Origin: Mobula hypostoma
Lineage: Eukaryota
Direction: 5' to 3'
DNA length: 64,000 bases
Assembly (NCBI RefSeq): GCF_963921235.1
Contig: NC_086097.1
Location: forward strand, 236,284,001 to 236,348,000
Of this stretch, positions 39,108 to 50,279 are shown piece after piece. The notes beneath the pieces were generated by a model. The model was not told the DNA's origin, did not search any database, and saw nothing but the letters and a program-made list of their open reading frames with translations. The translations under genes and the position numbers were made by a program. The number at the start of each line of letters is the position of its first letter. The first letter of the stretch is position 1.

Positions 39108-40673
39108 GCCCTGACAAAACAAGAATCTATCAACCCCTGCCTTAAATATACCCAATGACGTAGCTTCCACAGGCGCCTGTGGCAACAAATTCCACAAATT
39201 CATCGCTCTCTGGCTGAAGAAATTCCTCCTCATCTCCATTCTAAAAGGACGCTCCTCTATTCTGAAGCTGTGTCCTCTGGTCTTAGACTCCACCGCTTCC
39301 TCTCCACATTCACTCTATCAAGGCTATTCAACATTTGAAAGGTTTCAATGAGATCACTCCTCAATCTACTGAATTCCAGTGAGTTGAAGCTCAGAGCCAT
39401 CAAACACTTCTCATATGGCAAGCCTTTCACTCCTGGGATCATTTTCGTGAACTTCCTTTGAATATTCACCAATGTCAGCACATCCTTTCTTGGATAAGGA
39501 GTACAAAACTGCTCACAATACTCCAAGCGAGACTTCACCAGTGCTTTATAAAGCCTCAACACTACATCTTTGGTTTTATATTCGAGTGCTCTTGAAATTA
39601 ATGCTAACATCACTTTTCCCGTACTCACCACCGATTCAACCTGCAAAGTAACATTTAGGAATTTCCAAGTGCCTTTGCACCACAGATTTTTGAACTTTCT
39701 CTCCACTTAGAAAATAATCTGCACTTTTATTTCTTTGACCAAAGTGTATGCACGACCATACACTTCTTGACATGATATCCCATCTGCCATGTCTTTCCCC
39801 ATTCTGCTTATCTATCTAAGTTCTTCTGTAGCCTCTCAACTTCCTCAAAACTACCTGCCCCTCCACTTATTTTCATATAATCAAACTTGGCAACGTAGTC
39901 ATCAATTCTGTTATCCAAATCATTGACATATAAGTTAAAAAATAAATGGTCCCAACATGAACCCCTGTAGAACACCACTAGTCAGCAGCAGCCAACCAGA
40001 AAAGCCTTCCTTTATTCCCACTCTTTGCCTCCTGCCAATCGGCCACTGCTTTGCCCGTGCTAGAATCCTAGGCTCTTAACTTGTTTAGCAGACTCATGAG
40101 TGGCACCTTGTCAAAGGACTTCTGAAAATCCAAGTGCACAACGTCCACAAATTTTCCTCTGTCTATCCTTCTTGTTATTATTTCAAAGAATTCCAACAAA
40201 TCTCTCAGGCAAGATTTTCTCGTGAGGAAACCATGCTGACTCAGGCCTTTTTATCATGTGCCTCCAAGTACCCCGAAACCACATCCTTAACAATTGACTC
40301 CAACATCTTCCTGACCACTGCGGTCAGACTAATTGATCTGTAATTTCCTTTCTTCTGCCTCTCTCCCTTCTTCAAGAGTTGAGAGACATTTGTTATTTTT
40401 CATTCCTGTGGAACCATAATGGAAACAATTGATTCTAGAAAGATCGTTACTTTTCCAGTCTTTTCATTAATTTTCAAAATTATAAACTTAACAATAACAT
40501 TAATAAACAGAGAATGAGATTACATTACTGATAGCTAACATTTGCAAATATAAAGTTGCTGATAGTACAAGTATGTTAGATCTCCCCAACTCTAAATATA
40601 ATTGAACATGGTAAAGGATAAATGGAAAAAAAAGTTAAAAAAAATCCAAACTAGAAAAGAAAAAAAAACGCAC

Positions 40674-40935
40674 TGTAGCGACCCACTTTCTAGCACACAC
40701 GAACCAGCTCATGAAGCAGCGCGCACCGGCAAAGAGGCCGGTGCCAGGCCATCTTCACCAGCAGGGGGAAAATCCCGTGTGCGGAAAAGGTCTGCAAATA
40801 TGCGTTCCCCACAGCAGTCCCGCCCAGGGAAGGCTTTAAAGGAGGCCGCGAAGTTTGAATAAATCTTTTTTATCGCAACTCCAACTCACCGACTACGTGT
40901 TGTTATTCTAGCGCTGTGTGTAGCGCACCGCTACA
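40674..40935 (+). mobile_element. 262-bp solo LTR (Gypsy-like)
   Basis: TGTAGCG...CGCTACA termini; flanks GCAC/ACAC; TTTAAA at about 40835; AATAAA at 40858. Confidence 0.8.
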
Positions 40936-41410
40936 ACACTAAATTAAGCTAAGCAAAACTAGACTAAATTAAGCAAAACTAAAACAAAGTCGGGATAACA
41001 TATTACATCAGATACACTCATTAATGTCGTTAACTCCATTCCTCTATCCGTATATTTTTAGTTTAAAAAAAAGGATTCGAGAAAGGTCAAACTACGTCAT
41101 ATGAGAATGTTGAATAAATGGTCTCCAAGTTTCTTCAAATTTAACTAAAGGATCAGAGGTGCTACTTCTGATTTTCTCTAATTTTTAGCAAGATATAGTT
41201 TGAGAAAACCATTGAATTGTAGTAGGAGGATTGACCTCTTTCCAATTCAATAAGATAGATCTTCTAGCCATTAATGTAAGGAATGCAATCATCCGGCAGG
41301 CTGAAGGGGATAGGTAACTATCTTCCATCATTGGTAACCCAAAAATTGCAGTAATAGGCTGAGGTTGTAAATCAATACACAAAACTGTAGAAATAACATC
41401 AAAAATATGA

Positions 41411-41847
41411 CTCCCACCTTTCCCTTACGGAAAAAACATGCAAAATCTGGCTGGCAGGCCTGACTGCAGCTAAGAAGATTGTAGCCCAGCGTTGGAAACC
41501 TCCCCATGATACTTCAAATACTCACTGGCTTCGGAGTTTTTTGGACATTTCTTACCTGGAACTTTCATCAGCAAGAGTAAATGATGCACGACCAAACACA
41601 ATCTTAATGTGGACAAATTTGATATCTAACTTCAAAGATCTTTTGTTAAAATAGGAATGTTATGTCTGTGTATGTACTACTATTCAGTTGATTGGTGGAG
41701 GGGAGAGGGATGGGGGAGAGAGGGGTGGAGGGGGGATGGTGATGAAGGTTGGGGGATGCCCCGGTTATGCAGTCAAATTGTAATTGGCAATTGGTTGTAT
41801 TGAATGTAATTTGTTGGTGTTGCAATAAAAAATTAATAATAAAAAAA
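41411..41847 (+). mobile_element. Second L1-clade 3' end
   Basis: AAKKIVAQRWKPP..HWLRSFLDISYLE; G-rich 3'UTR; AATAAA and A-rich tail. Confidence 0.8.
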
Positions 41848-42599
41848 TGATTTTCCAATATTTATCCGAAAAAAGGGCAAGACCAGAACGTATGAGTCAA
41901 GGAAGCAACTTCAGAATGACATCTATCACAAATCGGGCTTATACGAGAATAGAAACGAGCTAATTTATCTTTAGACATACGAGCCCCATGTACCACCTTA
42001 AATTGTATCAATGTCTGTTTAGCACATAAAGAGGACAGGTTAACTAATTGAAAATTTTTTCCCTTTTTTCTGTAGGTAAATGAAGTTGAATTTCCTTTTC
42101 CCAGATCATTATTAATGCCTCCACAATTTCTTTCAGAACCATGGGGTGATACCATCTGGTTTGCTGTCATCCTGACAATGTTCTTTTCCAACTAATTTTG
42201 GCCATCTCCTCTGCTTCTGTAATTCTCTTTTTCTCAAAGTTTCCCTTGGATTGGCAGTATTATAGTGGATCATGCTAATAATTTTATTATCATTATCACT
42301 GCACATTTCGGACTTAATTTTTATTCAGATCATCCCCAATCATGGCAGGATTCCTTTGCTTTGTAAGCCAAAATGTGGCTGCAGCAAGCAATCCACCCCG
42401 ATGACCTCCCAAATGTTTGTCCACATGAATGGGCTGTGCATATGTTAGGTGTTCATAAACTGGGAGGGACATGTATCTGTGACTGACAAAAAAAAAGACT
42501 GATGAATAGCAAATGGAATAAAATTGAGAGTTTTCTGCTTTTGTTCATGCCTTCTCTGGGTATGAAAATATTGGAACATGTTGGAAAACTGAGCATGTT

Positions 42600-43440
42600 G
42601 GGCCACTGCACACAGTCAGGAAAAGCTTCAGATGGATGTTGCAAATTCAGTCAACTTAATCATGGGCACTAGCCTTTCCACCATGGAAGACATCTTCAAA
42701 AGATGATGTTTCAAGGAGTGGCATCCATCATTAAAGACATCCACCACCCAGGACCTGCCCTAGTCTTAACGCTGCTATCAGAGAGGAAGTTAGGAACTCA
42801 AAGACACATACTCAACATTTCAGGAAGAGCTCCTTCCCCTCTGCCGTTAGATTTTGGAACAGACAATAAACTCATGAACACTATCTCCCTATTTTTGCTT
42901 ATTTTGCTGCATGATTTATTTAATTATTATATATATATATTTCTTATTAAAGTTTATACGTATTTTAAGTATCGCACTGTGAGATGAGGGCCTCCATCGG
43001 TCAGAGTTGATCATGAATATTGCATCCTAGCTGTCTAGATACGCAGGCCTGGTCAGTGTGATATGGGGACCAAGCTGTTGCCCATGTAGCAAGCACACCC
43101 CCCACCCCAAGCATCTGATGAACCCAAAGGATTGGCAGAGACCGATACAGTTTGGTACCAGCAGTGTTGCAGGAGTTACCAGTCATCATTGAACTCAATA
43201 TAACACTCCGATAGGGACTCCAGCTCTGGATTTTTCCTTCAGGGTTACTCCCGAAGCCTTCCCCGTGAGTGGGTGTAGCTACAAGGCAGTGGAGGTTTGA
43301 GATCAGAGTTTACCTTGTCCTAGCTGAACTGCCAACTTCAGCTGACGAACCCCATTGGCCCAACCTGTACTGTACTGCTGTTACAAAACAACAACTTTCA
43401 CAACATAAGTCAGTGATAGTGAAAATGATTCTGATTCATT
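42600..43440 (+). mobile_element. Rex1-type 3' fragment split by a short RTE-derived element
   Basis: ASIIKDIHHPGPAL; the 3'UTR resumes after 43362. Confidence 0.75.
42981..43362 (-). mobile_element. Probable RTE 5'UTR-derived short element
   Basis: Discrete insertion in a Rex1 3'UTR; minus-strand GGGGTTCGTCAGC..GGTAAACTCTGATCTCAAACCTCCACTGCCTTG resembles RTE 5' ends as I recall them. Confidence 0.5.
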
Positions 43441-43538
43441 CTTAGCACATGATTCCACTATTATTAATAGAGTTATTGACATGGGTAGCACAAGTGACAA
43501 GGTTCTGCATAGAGAGTTTAGGGAGTTATGTGCTAAGC

Positions 43539-44756
43539 CAGGGGTCCCCAACCTTTTTTGCACTGCAGACTGGTTTAATATTGACAATACTCTTGCGGAC
43601 CAGCTGACCGGGGGGGGGGGCGGGAGTGGAGGGGAGGGTAGGGTTGCCAACGGACAAGAGTAGCAGTCAAATATGTTGTGTTTACCCAGAGAAAGACTAC
43701 AATGACCATGAAGCCTTGCGCCGGCACCAGTGCGCATGCGTGTACGTGCCGATTTTTCCTCTCCATAAATCGTCTTTGGTGATTCTGTTCGGCGGGGGGG
43801 TGGGGGAGAGTGTTAATCACGACCGGAATATAGGTGATAAGTGGCTAATACACTCAATTTTGTTTCTAAAAGGGTTTATCTAACGAATTTAATATCAAAC
43901 ACACTGCACATATTTTCCTTGCATGAATATAGTGATAAGTCAATTATCAGGGGAGGACGGGGAGCTTAAAGTAAATGTTGAACAAACTTCCAGTAGAAGT
44001 GGTAGAGGCAGGTTTGATATTATCATTTAAAGAAAAATTGGATAGGTATATGGACAGGAAAGAAATGGATGGTTATGGGCTGAGTGCAGGTCGGTGGGAC
44101 TAGGTGAGAGTAGCGTTCGGCACGGACTAGAAGGGCAGGGATAGCCTGTTTCCGTGCTGTAATAGTTATATGGTTATATAAATCACTTATAAGTCAATAG
44201 CATCATAACATTTTAAGTAATGTTTGGATATTAAACACACAGCACATATTTTCCCCGTATGAACATATAAAATCATTGCAACACACCAATATCGCTGAAT
44301 CAGTGGGAGCCCTGGGCTTGTTTCCCTGCAACAAGATGGTCCTATCGAGGGGTGATGGGAGACAGCGATACTCGAAGGGGGTTCCTTCTGTCCAGTCTAT
44401 TCCACAATTTAGTTTTCGTTGCATTCATTGCAGAGATATGTTGGAAATGGAAGCAATGTTTTTAGTGCTTTCGTGTCTATCTCAGGATATTTAGCCTTGA
44501 TTTTGATCCGGACTGCCGGCAGAGATGTTATGTCAAACATACTTTTCAGCCCACTGTCATTTGCAAGCTCGAGGAGTTGATCTCCTTCCCATGCTGACAT
44601 GGATGATGCGTGGTAATGACCTCGCGTGCGTTCAAATTCCAACAGTGGGCGTGAGAGGGAATGAGGAAAGGTGCAAATGACTCCTATCGCCAAATCATAT
44701 CGTTTCCTCGCAGCCAGGTAGCACATGCTTTGTGGCCCGGTGGTTGGGGACCGCTG
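43539..44756 (-). mobile_element. Non-autonomous hAT (Charlie/Buster-type) transposon, 1218 bp
   Basis: TIRs CAGGGGTCCCCAACC / GGTTGGGGACCGCTG (14/15); perfect 8-bp TSD TGCTAAGC (43531-43538, 44757-44764); dimerization-domain remnant YPEIDTKALKTLLPFPTYLC. Confidence 0.95.
43975..44180 (+). mobile_element. CR1 3' tail inside the hAT element
   Basis: GTGGTAGAGGCAGG..GATAGGTATATGGA..GGCACGGACTAGAAGGGC..TTCCGTGCTGT. Confidence 0.8.
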
Positions 44757-45890
44757 TGCTAAGCTAAAGGGCAGGACCTCCAGGGTTGCCACCTGTGTCA
44801 TAAGCAAGTGAGGCCAGAACCAGGAAAATTATACAGTTTAATATGTGGCCAAGGAGTTGGTGTAGGAGGAAGGGCATAAGATTTTTGGATCATTGGGCTC
44901 TTTCTGAGGGGAAGTGGGACCAGTAACAAAGGGACAGTTTGCACCCGAACTGGAGAGGGACAAATATCTTAGCAGGAAGGTTTTCTAATGTTACACAGTG
45001 GGGTTTAAACTAGAGTTGCAGGGGGATAGGAACCAGAGTGCCAGAATAGTTAGTGGAGAGTTTGTGGAGGCAGATGTTGGTAAGACCTCAGACAAAGTTA
45101 GGAATCTAAAGGCTGAGCATAGTGTAACTAGTGTCCTGAGTTGCATATATTTTAACCGAAGAAGTATTGTAGGAAAGGTGGATAACAGTGCTGAAGATGA
45201 GGTAGCTGGTTTACAAACAGAGGGAATGTGTAATGAGGGAAGGCTGCTGATAGGGCAAAATTGCAGTCAATAGGAAGAGTTGCAATGTAAATTTTGGACA
45301 AAATTGAAAATGGTGAATATAGGACAGCAGGTGCTATATATGAATGTGCAGAGAATACAGAATAAGGTAGATGAACTTGTAGCACAGTTGCAGAGAAGCA
45401 TGTATGATGTTGTAGACATCATTGAATTGTGGCTGAAAGAAGATTATAACGGGGAGCTTGACATCCAAGGGTACACAAGGCAGAAGGGGCGGCATTGTTC
45501 TGTTGGTAGAAAATTAAATCAAGTCACTAGAATGAGGTGACATGGGGACCAAAGGTGTTGAATCATTGTGGATAGAGCTAAGGAACTGCAAGGATAAAAA
45601 GACCCTGATAGGAGTTATATACAGACCCCCAAACAGTGGTAAGGATGTGGCCTACAAATTACAATGGCAGATAGAAAATACATGCCAAAAAGGCAAGGTT
45701 ACAATGGTCATGGGGGACTTCAATATGCAGGTAGATTGGGAAAATCAGGTTGGTGCTGGATTACAGGAAGGGGAATTTATAGAGTGCCTATGAGATGGCT
45801 TTTTAGAGTAGTTTGTGGCTTGAGCCTACTAGATAATCAGCTATTTTGGATTGGGTGTTTTGTAATAAAGCAGAATTGATTAGGGAGCTT

Positions 45891-46646
45891 AGTTGAATCA
45901 TTGATTAAGGAGCTGGTGGTAAACCTGAGGAGAGCTAAGGTATCGGTGACCCCTGTTACCATCCAGGGGGTCAGTGTGGACATGGTGAAGGATTACAAAT
46001 ACCTGGGGATACGAATTGACAATAAACTGGACTGGTTAAAGAACACTGAGGTTGTTTACAAGAAGAGTCAGAGCCGTCTCTATTTCCTGAGGAGACTGAG
46101 GTCCTTTAACATCTGCCGGACGATGCTGAGGATGTTCTACGAGTCTGTGGTGGCCAGTGCTATCATGTATGCTGTTGTGTGCTGGGGCAGCAGGCTGAGG
46201 GTAGCAGACACCAATAGAATCAACAAGCTCATTCGTAAGGCCAGTGATGTTGTGGGGATGGAACTGGACTCTCTCACGGTGGTGTCTGAAAAGAGGATGC
46301 TGTCTAAATTGCATGCCATCTTGGTCAATGTCTCCCATCCACTACATAATGTACTGGGTGGGCACAGGAGTACATTCAGCCAGAGACTCATTCCACCGAG
46401 ATGCAGCACAGAGCGTCATAGGAAGTCATTCCTGCCTGTGGCCATCAAACTTTACAACTCCTCCCTTGGAGTGTCAGACACCCTGAGCCAATAGGCTGGT
46501 CCTGGACTTATTTCATAATTTTCTGGCATGATTTACATATTACTATTTAACTATTTTTGGTTCTATTACTACTTACTATTTATGGTGCAACTGTAACGAA
46601 AACCAATTTCCCCCGGGATCAATAATGTATGACTATGACAATGACT
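45891..46646 (+). mobile_element. Young Rex1/Babar 3' fragment
   Basis: Open ORF 45901-46494 YKYLG..RLYFLRRLRSFNI..FYESVVAS..RKSFLPVAIKLYN; (ATGACT)n tail. Confidence 0.92.
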
Positions 46647-47365
46647 AAAAGAATCCTTGGGGCAAGTGATCATAGTATGATCAAATTCACATTGAAATTT
46701 GAGAAGAAGCAGGAGTCAGATGTATCAGTATTACAGTGGAATAAAGGAAAGTAGAGAGACATGAGAGAGGAATTGGCCAGTATTGATTGGAAAAGAACAC
46801 TGGCAGGGATGACAGCAGAGCTGCAATGGCGGGCCTTTCTGGAGGCAATTCAGAAGACACAGGATATGTACATCTCAAAGTGGAAGAAGTATTGAAAGGA
46901 AAGATGACACAACCGTGTCCAACAAGAGAAGTCAAAACTAACATAAAAGTCAAAGAGGGCATATAATAGCGCAAATATTAGTGGGAAGTTAGAGGATTGG
47001 GAAGGTTTTAAAAACCAACAGAAGACAAATAAAAAAGTCATTAAGAAGGTAGAGATGGAATACTAAAGTAAGCTAACCAATAATATTAAAGAGGATACTA
47101 AAGTTTCTTCAGATACATAAAGAGTAAAAAGGAGGCAAAGGTGGAATTAGACTGCTGGAAAATAATGCTGGAGAGGTTGTAATGGTGGACAAGGAAATGG
47201 CAGATGAACAGAAGAAGTACTTTGCACCAATCTTCACTGTGGAAGATACCAGCAATATGGTGGAAGTTCCAGATGTCAGAGGTCATGAAGCGTGTGAAGT
47301 TTCCATTACTAGAGAGAAGGTTCCTGGAAAAATGAAATGTCTGAAGGTAGATAAGTCACCTGGAC

Positions 47366-48569
47366 TGCTGTTTATAGACTTCAGTTCACCATTCAACACC
47401 ATCATACCCCAGAATCTGGTGGGGACTCTGTCTTCGCTGGGTCTCAACTTCTCCCTGTACAAATGGATACTGGACTTCTTAACAGCAAGGCTCAGTCAGT
47501 CCATGTGGGCAATAATGTCTCTAGCCCATTACACTGAGCACTTGCGCTCCCCAAGGCTGTGTTCAGCTCACAGATGATGCATGACTGTGTTGCATGATCC
47601 AGCTCTAACCAGGTCATCAAGGATGCGGATGACACAAAAGTGGTTGGCCTCATCAAGAACGATGATGAGACAGAATTTAGAGAGGAAGTGAAGCAGCTGG
47701 TGGATTGGTGTGAGAAGAATAACCTAAGCCTGAATGTGGAGAAGAAAAAGGAAATCATTGTGGACTTCAGGAAGGTGCAGATGAACCATGATGCTCTTCG
47801 AATACATGGCCGCTCCATAGAGAAAGTTAAGTGCACCAATGTCACACCACCGATGACCTCATCTAGTCTCTTAGTATCTGCCCCCTGAACAAGAAGCCTT
47901 AGCAACGCCTCCACTTCCTAAGATTGAGGCAAACAAGGCTCCGCCCTTCCCCCCACCATCTTAACTGCATTTTACTGGCGCACCATTGAGGGTGTCCTGA
48001 CAAGTTGCATCTCCTTCTGGTGTGGGAGCAGTTGAGCTTTGGAACAGAAGTTGCTACAAAGGACTGTGAGAACACCTGAGAGGATCACAAAGGTCTCCCT
48101 ACTGTGCATCAGGGACATTTATCAGGAGCACTACATACACATGGCCCTTAGTATTATTAAGGATCCCACCCATCCACCCAGCATCCTCTTTGGCTTTCTA
48201 CCATCAGGCAAGAGACTACAATGCATAAAAACAAGAACGGCCAGGATGAGACACAATTTCATCCCCCAGGTCATTAGGCTTCTAAACTCCCTGCCGCATC
48301 ATATTCGAAGAGTCACTTGTTACTCTGTTCCAGTACAATATTTAACATTAATGCACTTCAGTTTGTTACCTATATGTGACTCATATGTAGATTTTGTCCT
48401 TACCTTCATATGATATTGTATGTAATTTGTGTTATATGTACAACTGTACTACAGTGTTTTACACCCTGGTTCAGAGAAACAATGTCTCATTTCTATATGC
48501 TATACATTAAAAGGACATATACATTATATACATGCACATAGTTAAATGGCAATAAACTTGACTTGACTT
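47366..48569 (+). mobile_element. Rex1/Babar fragment (RT to tail)
   Basis: [34 protein letters not shown]; (ACTTG)n tail; splits the CR1 SPG|PDG motif. Confidence 0.88.
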
Positions 48570-48668
48570 GGATCAGATGGTGTACACCCCAGGACTCTGA
48601 AAGAGGTGATTCAAGAGATTGTGGAGGCATTAGTAAAGATCTTTCAAGAATCACTAGATTCATTAGAT

Positions 48669-49040
48669 TGCCTGGGCAGGGCGAAAAGCTTTATCAGGGA
48701 TGCATCTTACCCTAACCATGGACTTCTTACTCTCCTCCCATCCGGTAGGCACTACAGGAGCCTCCACTCCCGCACCAGCAGGCACAGGAAGAGCTTCTTC
48801 CCTGAGGCTGTGATGTTACTGAACCTCTCATCACAGCGCTAAGCAGTACTGCATCCATATTGTACTGTCTCAGTACTTTTATATTTGTGTGCTGTAGCAC
48901 TTTTTTTATTCGCAGTTATTTTGTAAATAACACTATTCTTTACATTTCTGGTCAGATGCTAAATGCGTTTCATTGGCTTTGTATCTGTACTTGGCACAAT
49001 GACAGTAAAGTTGAATCTAATCTAATCTAACCTAATCTAA
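48669..49040 (+). mobile_element. Rex1/Babar 3' fragment
   Basis: SFIRDASYPNHGLLTLLPSGRHYRS..KSFFPEAV; (ATCTA)n tail. Confidence 0.85.
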
Positions 49041-49379
49041 TTCTGGAAGACTGAAAAATAGCAAATGTCACTCCACTTTTCAAAAAGGGAGAGAGGCAGA
49101 AAAGAGGAAACTATAAATGAGTGAGTTTGACCTCAGTGGCTGTGGGTTGATTATAAAGATATGATAGTAGATTGTGATGGATGTGGTTTCGGGGTACTTG
49201 GATACATATGATAAAATAGTCCATATTTAGCATGGTTTACTCAAGGGAAAATGCTGCCTGACTAATCTGTTGGAATTCTTTGAAGAATTAACAAGCAGAA
49301 TAGACAAAGGAGAATTGGTGATATTATGTTCTTGGACTTTTAAAAGGCCTTTGAGATGGTGCCACAAATGAGCCTGCTT

Positions 49380-49823
49380 TCTTTCTTTTTAAATCTTTTT
49401 ATTGAGTAAGTATACAAAAAAGGTAAGCCATATAAACATTAATACAATGTTAAAGTATAATAAAATTCCAAAAGGTATCAATACCAAAAAAAAATACTAC
49501 AAACAATGTAATTTAAACATAAGAAACCAAGATAACATAATAGTATACTAAATTTTATATATATCAATGGAAGAAAAGAAAAAAAAAACCCAAAAAATTT
49601 TATGTTTGAATTTGGAGAAAATTAGAAGTAACCTTTATGATTCTTCATTTAAATTTGAACAGATTTGGGGACCTTTTATTCGATATTTTCATTTAATGTA
49701 ATATTTACCCTTCTTGTTTTTTTTTCACTGTTTTTAATGGAGGTCGGGATTGAGGACGTGATTTTAAGTTTAACTCTGTTTGGTTTCAAGTTAGCCCATT
49801 GCTTTGCCTTGCTTTTAGTTAGT
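49380..49823 (-). mobile_element. L1-clade insertion with 5' inversion and 11-bp TSD
   Basis: TSD TGAGCCTGCTT at 49369-49379 and 49824-49834; minus-strand tail CAATAAAAAGATTTAAAAAGAAAG; plus-strand LEKIRSNL..IWGPFIRYFHLM*. Confidence 0.85.
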
Positions 49824-50279
49824 TGAGCCTGCTTAACAAGCTACCAGCCCATGGTGTACAGAAAAAATTTGAATATGAATAAAGCAAAGGCTGATTGACA
49901 GGTTGCAAAGAGTGGGAATAAATTCCTGGTTGGCTGCCGGTAACTAAGAATCTGTGTTGGGACTGATGCTTTTAACATTATATGTCAATGATTTGGATGC
50001 CAGAATTGATGGCTTTGTTGCAAAGTTTGCAGATAAGTGGAGGGGCAGGTACTTTTGATGAAGTAGAGAGGCTACAGAATGACTTAGACAAATGAGGAGA
50101 ATGGGTAAAGATGTGAAGGGTATCGGGAAGTGAATGCACTTTGGTAGAAAAAATGAAAATGAAAAGATTGATTATTTTCTAAACGGACAGAAAATACAAA
50201 AAAATAGAGGTGCAAAGGTACAGGAATCCTTGTAACACTCACCAAATGCTGGAAGAACTCAGAAAGCCAGGCAGCATCT

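Larger units (their letters stand above)
40452..42090 (-). mobile_element. L1-clade LINE 3' fragment, interrupted twice
   Basis: CDRCHSEVASLTHTFWSC (CCHC-type motif); ARRSILLNWK..PPT..QW; AT-rich 3'UTR. Confidence 0.85.
35773..42230 (-). mobile_element. Old CR1 scaffold in three pieces (35773-35885, 39108-40451, about 42100-42230)
   Basis: Pieces are collinear with CR1 ORF2 and tail; ORF 39257-39706 ..RLEYCEQFC..DLIETF. Confidence 0.8.
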
